Below, one piece after another: positions 18,741-29,510 of a stretch of 64,000 bases of DNA. A program made the translations under genes and the position numbers. The stretch covers positions 1,344,001 through 1,408,000 of the forward strand of contig CAWIGG010000002.1 in the NCBI GenBank assembly GCA_963835575.1, written 5' to 3'. Below the pieces are notes generated by a model. That model did no database searches. It saw only the letters and a list, made by a program, of their open reading frames with translations, and was not told the DNA's origin. Origin of the DNA: an uncultured Spirochaetota bacterium (lineage in GTDB: Bacteria; Spirochaetota; Brevinematia; Brevinematales; JAOACQ01). Within the stretch, counting starts at the first letter, position 1. Every line of letters begins with the position of its first letter.

Positions 18741-21700
18741 ATGCACAGCCTCGGCATCGATATCGGTTCGACAAGCCTGAAGCTTGTCCTTCTTGAGGGC
18801 GACAGCATTATATGGAGTTTTACGGCCCCGCATGAAGGCAATTATCAAACCGCGCTCAAGAACGCTCTCCGGAGCCGCAGTTTCCCGCAGGATTTAAAAT
18901 CTATCGCGACCGGCACAGAAGGCAGGCTCTCGCTAAATGTCAATAATGTCATCGAATCGGTCTGCATTGAAGAGGCTTTACGCCATTCAGGCTTATCAGC
19001 CGACGCGGTGATATCACTGGGCGGAGAGGACCTGATCGTCTATACCGTAGATAAGAACAATAAGATCATTACCAGCATCTCCGGCAATAAATGCGCCTCC
19101 GGCACCGGCGAGTTTTTTAAACAGCAGCTCGGCAGGATGAATTTGAGTCTTGAGGATATCCCCGGCATCCCGGATGATTCGAAGGTATGCCAGCTTTCAT
19201 CCCGCTGTTCGGTTTTTATGAAAAGCGACTGCACCCATAAACTCAATAAAAATGAAGCGACGAAAGAGGATATCGTCGTGTCGCTTTCCGATGTAATGGC
19301 GACAAAGGTGATCGACTTTCTCAAAAGGGCCCGAGTATCAAGCGGCCGGGTCCTCTTAACGGGCGGTGTTACACACAACAAATTCATCATCAGGTTTATA
19401 AAAAAGCGTTTCCCGACCATAGATTTTATAGTGCCGGAAACAGCCCCTTATTTTGAAGCCTATGGGGCCGCCATCCTTGCCAGAAAAGCCGGAAGCATCA
19501 TGCCTCCCGCCGGCAGGCTGATCAAACAGAACCGGATTTATTATGAAAGATACCCCGGCCTCTTAACCTCACACGGGAAGGTCACTTTCATTCCTTCCAG
19601 AAAAGGGAAAGTTAAAGACGGCCATGAATACATCCTGGGCGTCGACGGCGGGTCCACTACTACTAAAATCTGCCTGATCGATATTGAGACAAATGAGATA
19701 ACCGCCTCGCATTATGACAGGACGCACGGCGATCCCGTCGCCGCGCTCAAAAAATGCCTGTCTGAGGTAAATAAACAGATAAAAGCGGATATCGGCGATA
19801 AAAAGATCAAAATCTCTCTGGCTTCGGCGACCGGTTCATCCAGGGAAATACTGGGCGTATTTCTGGAAACTCCCGCCGTCTATAACGAAATCATCGCGCA
19901 CGCGGCCGGCACGACTTATTATAATCAGGAGATCGATACTATTTTCGAGATCGGCGGCCAGGACGCCAAATACACCCTTTTAAAGAACAAGGTGCCCATC
20001 GATTACGCGATGAATGAGGCATGCTCGGCCGGCACAGGGTCTTTCCTGGAGGAATCCGCCTCCGGCGACCTGAATATCAAAGAGGCGCGGGATATCGGCG
20101 GCATAGCCGTAAAAGCGGAGGCCCCGCTGAAATTCGGCGAGCACTGCTCGGCTTTTATCAACTCCGACATCCGTAAAGCGATACAGCAGGGCGCAACTAA
20201 GGAAGACATCACCGCGGGTATTGTTTTTTCCATCGTATCCAATTACCTGAACCGCGTCGTGGGCAACAGGACCATCGGCAGTAAAATTTCCCTGCAGGGA
20301 GGCGTCGCCAGGAACCAGGCCGTACCGCTGGCTTTCGCGATGCTTCTCAATAAGGATATTCTTGTGCCGCCGGACCCTGAGCTGATGGGGTGCTTTGGGG
20401 TCGGCATTCTGGCAAAGCAGAAATACAATGACGGCATCCTGGAGAAAACTTCTTTCGATATAGATAAAATAATCAATACCGAAATCATTTATGAAAGGGA
20501 ATTCAAGTGCGGCGCCTGCGATAATTACTGCCCGATCAAAGTGCTGAAGGTCAACGAACATAAATATATGTTCGGAGGCAGATGCAATAAATACACCAAT
20601 CTCAGGAAAAACGCCCCAGTCAATGAAAGCACGGCGAAAGATTATATCGCGATGCGGTCGGAGCTTTTATTCTTTGAATGCGCCCCGAAGCATGAAGAAT
20701 TGAATAAAAAACGCGGTTTTACCATCGGCATCCCGAAGGTCTTTTCAGTCCATACTCTTTATCCGCTCTACGCATGGTTTTTCATGAACTCGGCATTGAA
20801 ACGGTCCTTTCTAAAAACATCTCTCATGAAGGCACTTCCCGGATTGAAAGCGCGTACTGCTACCCCGCGGAGATCGCCCATGGCGCGTTTCAGGACATGA
20901 TCGACCAGGGAACGGATTATATATTCCTTCCTCATTTTAAATTCATGCCCAGTTATGAAAAGACTGTCCATGCGAACTTCTGCCCGATCACACAGGCGCT
21001 GCCCTATTATCTTAAAAAAGCCTTTTCAGAAATACCCTCTGGAAAAATACTCTCCCCTGTTATTTCATTCAATAAAGGTCTTGAAAGCGGTGAGGATTCT
21101 TTTATCGAATTGGCCGGAAATCTCGGTATCGGCATTTCCGAAGCAGTTAAAGCATTTCAGAAAGCCGTTAAAAAACAGAAGAAGTTTTTAGAAAAAGCGT
21201 CGGCCCTCGGCCTGGAAGCGCTGGAAGAATCGAGAAAATCGGATAAGCCTGTAATAGCCGTCCTCGGCAGGCCTTATAACGCCTTCACCCCCGAAGCCAA
21301 CATGAGCATACCGAGGAAATTCACCAGCCGCGGCTTTACGGTTGTCCCTTTTGACATACTCCCTTTCCATGACGAGGAAATTTACGATAATATGTACTGG
21401 TATTACGGCCAGCAGAACATCAAGTCCGGCCGGTTTATAAAAAAAGAACCCAATATCTATCTGACATATATCACCAATTTTTCATGCGCTCCCGATTCAT
21501 TCCTTCTGCATTATATAAAGTGGACCATGGGCGTAAAGCCATTTCTGGTGCTTGAGCTTGACTCCCACACGGCCGACGCCGGGGTAGATACGCGGGTGGA
21601 AGCCTTTCTGGATATCATAGACGGCTACAAATCAAAGTTGAAGTATTTAAAGGATGAAAAATACGATAACGGGCTCAGATTTATAAACAATGGAAAAGAT

Positions 21701-23017
21701 GAGTTTCATATAAAAAATATCCTAACCGGCGAAAAAATTAAAATAAGGAATAATCCCGGAACAAAGCTTCTTCTTCCGAACATGGGCAGGCTTTCCGCCG
21801 AGTTCATCGCGGCCGCCAGCAGAGGAAGCGGCTATAACGCCGAAGCGCTGCCCGTGGCCGACATTCATACGCTTCAACTGGCAAGAAACCTTGCCTCCGG
21901 CAAGGAATGCGTGCCTTCCCTCCTCGTGCTGGGAAGCGTACTGCAGTTTATAAATTCCCCCGGATACAAAAAAGACGAAATATACCTGGTGTTCATTCCG
22001 ATCACAACAGGCCCATGCCGCACAGGGCAGTATTATATATTCTATGAAAACCTTTTCAGGGACCTCAGAATAGACAATGTCGTATTCCTGACCTTAAGTT
22101 CAGATAATTCATACAATGAGCTCGGCCCGAATTTTTCAAGAAACGGTTGGTGGTCAATGATCGTTGCCGATTATATGAAGGATATAGAGATAACCCTCAG
22201 GACTTGCGCCCGGGACCCTGTTGATGCCATGAGAAAATATGACGAACTCTGGCGCTCCATGGTTTCAATAGCTGAAAAAGATATGTCCAAGATTATCCCC
22301 ACGCTTAAGAAAACAGCGATGGAACTGCAAAAAATCCCTCTTAAAAAGAAGCCGGAAGAATGCCCGAAGGTCCTGATAGTCGGCGAAATATATGTCAGGC
22401 GTGATGATTTTGCCGTTGATGAACTGATCCGGCTTTTCAGTAAAAAAGGCATTATCGGTAAAATATCCGGAATTACGGAATGGATTTATTACTGTGATTA
22501 TGTCAGGGAATATCAAATAAAAAAAGAGCTGAAAAAAGAAAAATTCATCCGGAAAATATTTTCAAAACCATTGAGGAACTTGGTTTTTTACAAAATCGAA
22601 CAGCTTTATAAGCATTTTGTTGATTATAAAATCAGAAAAGCCCTGGATGAAAGCAGGCTCCTGCCGCATTATCCCCGCAGCATGTATAAGATCATGAATA
22701 ACGCCAATAATATCTTTGTCGCGGGCGAGCTTAATTCAGAAATTTCAGTATCAAGCGGCGCCGCCGTTACGGCCATGCTGGAAGACTATTCCGGGATCGT
22801 TAATACCTATCCCTTCGCCTGCCTGATTGGAAGGGTCATAGAAGGTCTCATCACGCCCTATTTCAGGGAAAAAAGAATGCCTGTCCTTTCAGTGGAAATT
22901 GACGGCAACCTTTTACCCCCGACAATTATCAATAAACTCGATATCTTCATGCTGAACGTCCTCCGCTACCGCTCAAACCCCGATGCAGAAGACCTGATAG
23001 AGAAAGAGGAAGAATAA
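18741..23017 (+). CDS. 2-hydroxyacyl-CoA dehydratase activase-like multidomain protein (two BcrAD_BadFG domains plus DUF2229), frameshifted at T5 20778-20782
   Basis: GIDIGSTS, KCASGTG, GVDGGSTTTK, EIGGQDAK, NEACSAGTG and NFSCAPDS. One extra T gives YAWFFHELGIE and joins both ORFs. Confidence 0.88.
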
Positions 23018-23030
23018 CACTTCAAAAATA

Positions 23031-23150
23031 GCCACAGAATGACGCAGAAAAACACTGAATATTTATAAAATCACTTATTAGCTTAGATAATTCCTCATAA
23101 CATTTATTATTGAAGTCCTATTTCAGTGTTAATCCGTGAAATTCTGTGGC
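23031..23150. repeat. Long-spaced inverted repeat between convergent genes
   Basis: gccacagaat..aacactgaa / ttcagtgtt..attctgtggc. Confidence 0.7.
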
Positions 23151-23215
23151 CAAATTATTTTTTCATTTTATGATATGAGCAAGCAATTACTTATCCATAG
23201 AAATTAATGATTGAA

Positions 23216-24760
23216 TTAGAAAGGAAAATCCTTTGAAGAATCCTTTTTATTTTCCAAAAGCTTTGTTTCCTTCTTTTTTTCAGCGATTTTATGGACAGGA
23301 TTTCCGTCGACATAAATCGCTTTATTCGGGCGGGCCGGGCAGACAAATTCGCAGGCGCCGCATCCGATGCAAATCTTGGTATCCGTTTCAGGGGCATGAA
23401 GGTCCTTTTTGTAAGGTACCAGGTAAACGGCACTGGTCGGGCAGTATTCCGCGCAGATCCCGCAATGCTTGTCATCGGCGTAAACAATGCAGATTTTTTT
23501 GTTTAAATTGACCGTGCCGAGCTGGGTCAGCTTTTTTTCAGCAAGAGGAAGCTCCTTCAGCGCGCCTGTGGGACAAACGCCGGTACAGACAGCGCATTCG
23601 TAATTGCAGAAGCTCGAGTCGTAATCCATCATGGGCTGGAAAATGCCGGAAAGACCGTACTGCATCAGCGCCGGTTTGATCACATGGGTCGGGCAGGCCG
23701 TCACGCAGACATGGCATGCCGAGCAGTTTTCGGTAAAATGAGAGATACTTCCGCCGCCGGGAGGTATTACAGGATATTTCCTTTTTACAGGCAATAAGGG
23801 TGTTATAGACTCCGCTATGGATCTGTTAAAAATAAATGGCAATAAGAGAAAAACGGCCGAGCCTTTGAGCATTGTTGATAAGGCTTCTCTTCTGACGGTG
23901 TCAACAGCTTTTTCTTTTTTTAAAGATTCATGAAATTGAAAACGGATGGCTTGTTTAGGACATGCGTCCAGGCAGTTATAGCAGTGGACACAGCGGCTGA
24001 AATCAAGCGCCCTGTTTTTGACGTCGATACATTCGGCCGGGCATACTTTTTCACAGAGTAAACACCCCGTGCATTCTTTTTCTACAAACCGGAGCTTCCA
24101 GATTGAAAAACGTGAAAAGAGGGAGAGCAGTGCGCCTGCCGGGCAGAACATATTGCAGTAAAACCTTCCCCTGAAAGCGGACAAAAAGAAAAGAAAAATG
24201 ATGCATACCCCTGTCAGGATTAAAATGCTTCCTTCAATCCTATGAAGAGGATAATTTGACGAAATATAGATATGAAACTGGAGCAGTATTTTAGAACTCA
24301 TATTGAAAATGAATACCGCCATTGGTTTGATAAGATTAGCGGCAATCCGGCCGAAAAAGCTGAAAGGTTCAAGAAAGTTAAGAAAAATAAGACTGCCGGA
24401 AACATAAAGAACTGCTGTGACCGTAAGTACAGTATATCTGATGATATTCCGGGCTTTATGAAAAGAGAAGAATCTCTTTTTAAAGACCCTATTCCTGGCA
24501 GAGATAAATAGATCCTGAAGCGTGCCGAGCGGACAGAGCGACGAGCAGTAGAACCGGCCGAATAGAACCGTTAATACAAGGATCAGACCCAGACCGGCTA
24601 AGGCGGTCATACCGCCGCCGATTATTTTTAAAATGGATGGAATAAACTGCAGGCCTGCCAATAAACCTATTGACCAGGTAATGCCGTTCAACAGGCCTAA
24701 AAACAGCAATGTATATAAGATTAGAAATATCAAAGATATCAACAGTCTAATTTTTTTCAA
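23216..24760 (-). CDS. Membrane polyferredoxin (NapH/YccM-like plus NapF/MauM-like 4Fe-4S domains)
   Basis: GRFYCSSLCPLG, GRFYCNMFCPAG, many CxxCxxCxxxCP motifs. Confidence 0.88.
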   Translation of the reverse strand: MKKIRLLISLIFLILYTLLFLGLLNGITWSIGLLAGLQFIPSILKIIGGGMTALAGLGLILVLTVLFGRFYCSSLCPLGTLQDLFISARNRVFKKRFFSFHKARNIIRYTVLTVTAVLYVSGSLIFLNFLEPFSFFGRIAANLIKPMAVFIFNMSSKILLQFHIYISSNYPLHRIEGSILILTGVCIIFLFFLSAFRGRFYCNMFCPAGALLSLFSRFSIWKLRFVEKECTGCLLCEKVCPAECIDVKNRALDFSRCVHCYNCLDACPKQAIRFQFHESLKKEKAVDTVRREALSTMLKGSAVFLLLPFIFNRSIAESITPLLPVKRKYPVIPPGGGSISHFTENCSACHVCVTACPTHVIKPALMQYGLSGIFQPMMDYDSSFCNYECAVCTGVCPTGALKELPLAEKKLTQLGTVNLNKKICIVYADDKHCGICAEYCPTSAVYLVPYKKDLHAPETDTKICIGCGACEFVCPARPNKAIYVDGNPVHKIAEKKKETKLLENKKDSSKDFPF

Positions 24761-24771
24761 ATAAAAAACCT

Positions 24772-25695
24772 TCAGAGTGAAATCTTCTGGATCTTCAACT
24801 GGGCCAGGTCGCTGTTTCCGAGCAGCTTCTTTTCCGCCGCCCTTTTAATATAACCGATATTCATAGGATTTGTACCGAATATCTTTGCGGCCGCGACATC
24901 CGCCGCCAGCATATCCGTGGAAACCAGCAGATTCTTAAAAAGCTTGACATCCCCCTTTGAAAATCCCCGCGGCCCGTTTGTCGCAAGAACAGCATAAGCG
25001 TCCACCACCGTCAGATCCGGCTTGCGGATGAGCGGGCAATCGGCTATGCACTGTTCCAGATCGCTCCTGTGCCAGAATCTCCTGTCCCATACCACGCCCA
25101 TATAGTTTTTCATTCCGATTGTCAGCTGTGTCGAACCATGGCTTTTCAGCACCGGAACATTAATGAATACATTGGCGTCCATAAAGGTCTCATGAAAATC
25201 AGCGCTCTGCAGAAGAGATGCCCCGGGAATTTTTGCTGTTTTATAATAGCTGGGGCTGTTTGCCACCATCACGCCCCCGGCGTTTTTTACGGCGTCTTCG
25301 ATGCCGCTTAATTTATAGCATGACTGCCAGGAATCGCAGGAATTATCAAAAACATAAACTTTCTTAGCTCCGGCATCCAGGCAATGCTTGATGACCTGAG
25401 CGACCAGTTTCGGATTGGTATTGGCCGCGCGTTCTGGTGAAACGGCCCAGCCGATATTCGGCTTAACAAGAACAGTCTGTCCGGCCTTGACGAAATTCTT
25501 CATGCCGCCCATTTCTTTCATCGCCGCGTCGAACATGACTTCCGGTTCACCGCCTTTTACTGCCACCATATCATAAGCGCTCTTCAGGGAATCGGCTTCC
25601 AGCCCGAAGACCGGATTAAAGTCCTTTAAAAGAAAGGCGGCGCCTGCCGCAAGACCGTATTTTACTGTGTTTTTTAAAAATTCCCTTCTATCCAT
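24772..25695 (-). CDS. DUF362-domain protein with Tat signal
   Basis: MDRREFLK; VLVKPNIGW, INVPVLKSH..LTIGMKN. Confidence 0.88.
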   Translation of the reverse strand: MDRREFLKNTVKYGLAAGAAFLLKDFNPVFGLEADSLKSAYDMVAVKGGEPEVMFDAAMKEMGGMKNFVKAGQTVLVKPNIGWAVSPERAANTNPKLVAQVIKHCLDAGAKKVYVFDNSCDSWQSCYKLSGIEDAVKNAGGVMVANSPSYYKTAKIPGASLLQSADFHETFMDANVFINVPVLKSHGSTQLTIGMKNYMGVVWDRRFWHRSDLEQCIADCPLIRKPDLTVVDAYAVLATNGPRGFSKGDVKLFKNLLVSTDMLAADVAAAKIFGTNPMNIGYIKRAAEKKLLGNSDLAQLKIQKISL

Positions 25696-26066
25696 AAAAC
25701 ACCTCTGCTCTTATTAATCAAATTATCCCGATTGCAATATGAAATTTTATCATTATTTTTTTAATTTGTAAATCATCCTTTTGTATTATTTTACATATAA
25801 GGTTATGCAATGCTTTTAGAAGCTGAAACATTTATCACAACAGATATCTCTCCTGTAAAAAGTAATTATTTTTTATCGATGTGGTGATAAAATAATCTTT
25901 CCGTTTAAGGATTTTATGCTTATACTGTTATATAATTTTATATTATATTCATGCCTGAATTGAATGGTTTTTTCTTTATTTATCTGCAGTATATACTTAG
26001 GGGCATTTTTCTAATAAAACCGCTCTATTCCGGTCATATTTTATTAATGAAGATTTCAAAATAGTA

Positions 26067-26095
26067 TTGACTATTTTTTAAATTAGAGGTAGAAT
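26067..26095 (+). promoter_or_regulatory. Putative sigma70 promoter of the sugar ABC operon
   Basis: ttgact-17nt-tagaat. Confidence 0.5.
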
Positions 26096-26204
26096 TGAAA
26101 TCATTTTAAATTATCTGTCATGGACTTTAATCTTTTTATAAACAGGCTTAACTGGGCGTTACAATATCTATGTCATTATAAATATTTTATAAGGAGGAAC
26201 AGCC

Positions 26205-27473
26205 ATGAAAAGTAAAATTTGGCGTATTGTTGCTTTACTTATTTGCGCATCTTTAGTCACGACTGTCATGATTTCTTGTGCGAAGAACAAGAAAACCGAA
26301 AAGAAGCTGGAAATCTTCAGCTGGTGGACAGCAGGCGGAGAGGCTGACGGTTTGAATGAGATGTTCAAGATTTACAAGGCTAAAAATCCTGACATCGAAA
26401 TCGTTAATGCAACTGTCGCCGGCGGAGCCGGGATGAACGCGAAAGCCGTACTCGCGACCAGAATGCAGGGCGGAGACCCGCCGGATTCATTCCAGGTCCA
26501 TGCAGGTCATGAACTGATCGATTCATGGGTAGCGGCTGGAAAAATGGAACCCATTACTTTCATATTCAGCAGTAATAATTTCCTCAGCGCTTATCCTAAA
26601 GGCGTCATTGACATTATTTCCTTCAATGGAGAGATTTACAGCGTGCCGGTGAATATTCACAGGGCCAATGTATTATGGTACAACAAAAAAGTATTCAAAG
26701 ACAACAAGCTGAACGTCCCCAACTCGCTGGAAGACTTTTTTGCCGCCGCTGAAAAGCTGAAAAAGAAAGGAATTACCCCGCTGGCATTGGGCGATAACGG
26801 CATCTGGTCAGCCACACAATTGTTTGAGACTGTTTTACTGGCAAAACTTGGAGCGGACGGCTACAAGGGTTTATGGACCGGTAAAACGGCATGGGATTCA
26901 GCCGGTGTTAAAGACGCAATCGCGGCTTTCATTAAAATGCTCGGCTATGTCAACGCAGACCATGCCGCTCTGAGCTGGGACGCAGCCGCGCAGTATGTGT
27001 CCGACGGAAAAGCCGCTATGACCGTTATGGGAGACTGGGCTGAAGGCTACTTTAAATCCAAAGGCCTCAACCCTGATGTGGACTTCGGCTGGGCTCCTTC
27101 TCCCGGCACAAAAGGATCCTATGATATGCTGTCCGATTCTTTCGGCCTTCCCAAGGGCGCTCCCCACAGGGATAACGCCATTAAATGGCTGACAGTCTGC
27201 GCTTCCAAAGATGGTCAGGACGCATTCAATCCCAAGAAAGGGTCCATCCCCAGCAGAATGGATGGAGATAAGAGCCTTTATGACAAATATCTCCAGTCTT
27301 CAATGGCCGATTTCGCAAATAACAATATCGTACCGAGTTGTGCTCATGGCGCTGCCGCAGCTGAAAGCTGGGTAACGATGATAAACGATGTGATGACTCT
27401 GCTCGTTACAGAAAAGAATGTTGATAAGGCTGTTGAAGGTTTTGTCAACGCGGCCAAGAAATCTCTAAAGTAA
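26205..27473 (+). CDS. Sugar (glucose/mannose-type) ABC substrate-binding lipoprotein
   Basis: Lipobox MISC; EIFSWWTAGGEA, PVNIHRAN, MGDWA, FNPKKGSIP, PSCAHG. Confidence 0.92.
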   Translation: MKSKIWRIVALLICASLVTTVMISCAKNKKTEKKLEIFSWWTAGGEADGLNEMFKIYKAKNPDIEIVNATVAGGAGMNAKAVLATRMQGGDPPDSFQVHAGHELIDSWVAAGKMEPITFIFSSNNFLSAYPKGVIDIISFNGEIYSVPVNIHRANVLWYNKKVFKDNKLNVPNSLEDFFAAAEKLKKKGITPLALGDNGIWSATQLFETVLLAKLGADGYKGLWTGKTAWDSAGVKDAIAAFIKMLGYVNADHAALSWDAAAQYVSDGKAAMTVMGDWAEGYFKSKGLNPDVDFGWAPSPGTKGSYDMLSDSFGLPKGAPHRDNAIKWLTVCASKDGQDAFNPKKGSIPSRMDGDKSLYDKYLQSSMADFANNNIVPSCAHGAAAAESWVTMINDVMTLLVTEKNVDKAVEGFVNAAKKSLK

Positions 27474-27485
27474 GTCAGTATAGAC

Positions 27486-27523
27486 AAACAGCGGACATTT
27501 ATGCGATGTCCGCTGTTTTTTTT
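27486..27523 (+). terminator. Intra-operon hairpin with U-tract
   Basis: aaacagcggacat...atgtccgctgttt followed by a T run. Confidence 0.7.
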
Positions 27524-27555
27524 AAAATCAAAATATTATATACAGGCAGCTGATT

Positions 27556-28455
27556 ATGTTCCGTTCAAAAAAAGAATTCTATACCGCTTTTTTTACCCTT
27601 CTTCCTTCCGTGGTTACGCTTCTTGTCTTTGTTTACGGGTTTATTCTATGGACGATACGGGTTTCTTTTTCAAAATGGGTGGGTGTTGAACCAAATTTTA
27701 CATTTAACGGTTTATCCAATTACATTGATATTTTTTCAAGCCGCAGGTTCCAGATCGACCTCTGGAACACCTTCTATTTTACCCTCTTTTTTCTGCTTGT
27801 CTGCGTTTTCGCAGGATTGATGCTGGCTATTTTCTTAGACAGGAAATTAAAGGGCGAGAGTATCTTCAGGAATATTTTCCTCTTTCCGATGGCTTTATCT
27901 TTTGTAGTGACAGGCATAGTCTGGAAATGGATTTTCACACCCTCCACAGGTATAAATTTACTGTTAACTAACATAGGTCTTTCAAAACTGACCTGGGGAT
28001 GGTTTACTCAGCCTTTTCAATTTCTCCACTTTCATGTAGCCCTTATCCCGGTGATCATAGCCGCTTCATGGCAATTAACCGGATATACAATGGCCATGTA
28101 TCTTGCCGGCCTGACGGGAATCCCGCTTGAACTTAAGGAAGCGGCGCGTATAGATGGAGCGTCGGAGTTTAAGATGTACCGTTATGTCATTATTCCCATG
28201 CTCCGCCCGATCACTCTGAGCGTATTGATCGTTCTGGGCCATATTTCACTCAAAATATTCGACCTTGTTTACACAATGACCGGTTCCGGTCCCGCTTTTG
28301 CCACGGATGTGCCGGGTATCAATATGTTTGAAATAACCTTCAGGGGAAACCGCTACGGAGAAGGCGCGGCAATCGCCGTCATTATGTTTATTATGGTCGC
28401 GGTAATAATAGTTCCCTATCTCTATAACAGCCTGAAAAAGGAGAAAAGTAAATGA
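27556..28455 (+). CDS. Sugar ABC permease
   Basis: EAARIDGASE motif; FDLVYTMTG.GP. Confidence 0.92.
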   Translation: MFRSKKEFYTAFFTLLPSVVTLLVFVYGFILWTIRVSFSKWVGVEPNFTFNGLSNYIDIFSSRRFQIDLWNTFYFTLFFLLVCVFAGLMLAIFLDRKLKGESIFRNIFLFPMALSFVVTGIVWKWIFTPSTGINLLLTNIGLSKLTWGWFTQPFQFLHFHVALIPVIIAASWQLTGYTMAMYLAGLTGIPLELKEAARIDGASEFKMYRYVIIPMLRPITLSVLIVLGHISLKIFDLVYTMTGSGPAFATDVPGINMFEITFRGNRYGEGAAIAVIMFIMVAVIIVPYLYNSLKKEKSK

Positions 28456-29294
28456 AACCGAAAGGCTATGAGGCTAAAAAGATTATCTCCCGGGCTATTC
28501 TTTATATGATTTTGACATTAGCGGCTCTTTATTTTCTGCTCCCGATTTATGTGCTTCTGGTTACAGGTTTGAAAAGTTTTAAGGAAGTCAATCTCATGAC
28601 GATGTGGTCTCTTCCAAAGGAAATTACCATAGATTCATTCGTCAAAGCCCTGGAAAAACTGGCCCCCAACCTGATGAACAGCTTCTACCTGACAATACCG
28701 GCAACAATTATCTCGGCATTCATCGGCTCCGTTAACGGCTATATACTTTCAAAGTGGAAGTTCAGGGGCGCGGATATCATTTTCCCTTTTATCCTCTTTG
28801 GAATGTTCATACCTTACCAGAGCATCCTGATCCCGCTGGTCCAGTTCCTCAGAATGATCCATCTTTACGGGACGATCCCTGGTCTTATCCTGACCCATGT
28901 CATCTACGGCATACCGATTACCACGCTGATTTTCAGGAATTATTTCGCCGAGGTCCCGAATGAACTGATTGAAGCGAGCATGATTGACGGCTGCGGTATG
29001 TACGGGGTCTTTTTTAAGATCCTGCTGCCGATTTCCGCGCCCGGTTTCGTTGTCGTCATCATCTGGCAGTTTACAAACATATGGAACGAGTTTCTATTCG
29101 CAGTCACCATCACTCCCAACCAGAGCCTTCAGCCTATTACTGTGGCCCTGCAGAACCTGGCCGGAAGCCAGATCGTGGAATGGAACGTTCAGATGGCCGG
29201 GGCTTTGATAGCAGCTCTTCCCACATTGATCATTTATATCGTCCTGGGCAAGTTTTTCATTAGAGGGCTCCTGGCGGGCTCGGTCAAAGCTTAA
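28452..29294 (+). CDS. Sugar ABC permease
   Basis: ELIEASMIDG, FTNIWNEFLF, FIRGLLAGSVK. Confidence 0.92.
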   Translation: MKPKGYEAKKIISRAILYMILTLAALYFLLPIYVLLVTGLKSFKEVNLMTMWSLPKEITIDSFVKALEKLAPNLMNSFYLTIPATIISAFIGSVNGYILSKWKFRGADIIFPFILFGMFIPYQSILIPLVQFLRMIHLYGTIPGLILTHVIYGIPITTLIFRNYFAEVPNELIEASMIDGCGMYGVFFKILLPISAPGFVVVIIWQFTNIWNEFLFAVTITPNQSLQPITVALQNLAGSQIVEWNVQMAGALIAALPTLIIYIVLGKFFIRGLLAGSVKA

Positions 29295-29510
29295 TACTTC
29301 TTTTTTTGACAATTATTGAAACGAAGAGTAAAGTATAACCGATATGGAATTTAATAATATTATCAGTTGATTATAAAAAATCCTTTCGTTTTTTTACGGA
29401 TTTTTGTTCTTTTTCCAAGAAAAAAAGTTTCGTTTTTTTAGTAATTTAAGGTGTCTATATATTATGAATAAAAAGAAGGGGGCTTTTTAGTTCATGATAA
29501 GGAACTGAAC

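Noticed and set aside
10762..20782. Programmed frameshifting or phase variation at A7 (10762) and T5 (20778)
   Set aside because: Each is repaired by adding one base to a homopolymer, the typical long-read error. This cannot be excluded without reads.
29295..29510. c-di-GMP riboswitch upstream of the NRPS
   Set aside because: The region is AT-rich with only two tttcgtttttt repeats; no GEMM-like motif was seen.
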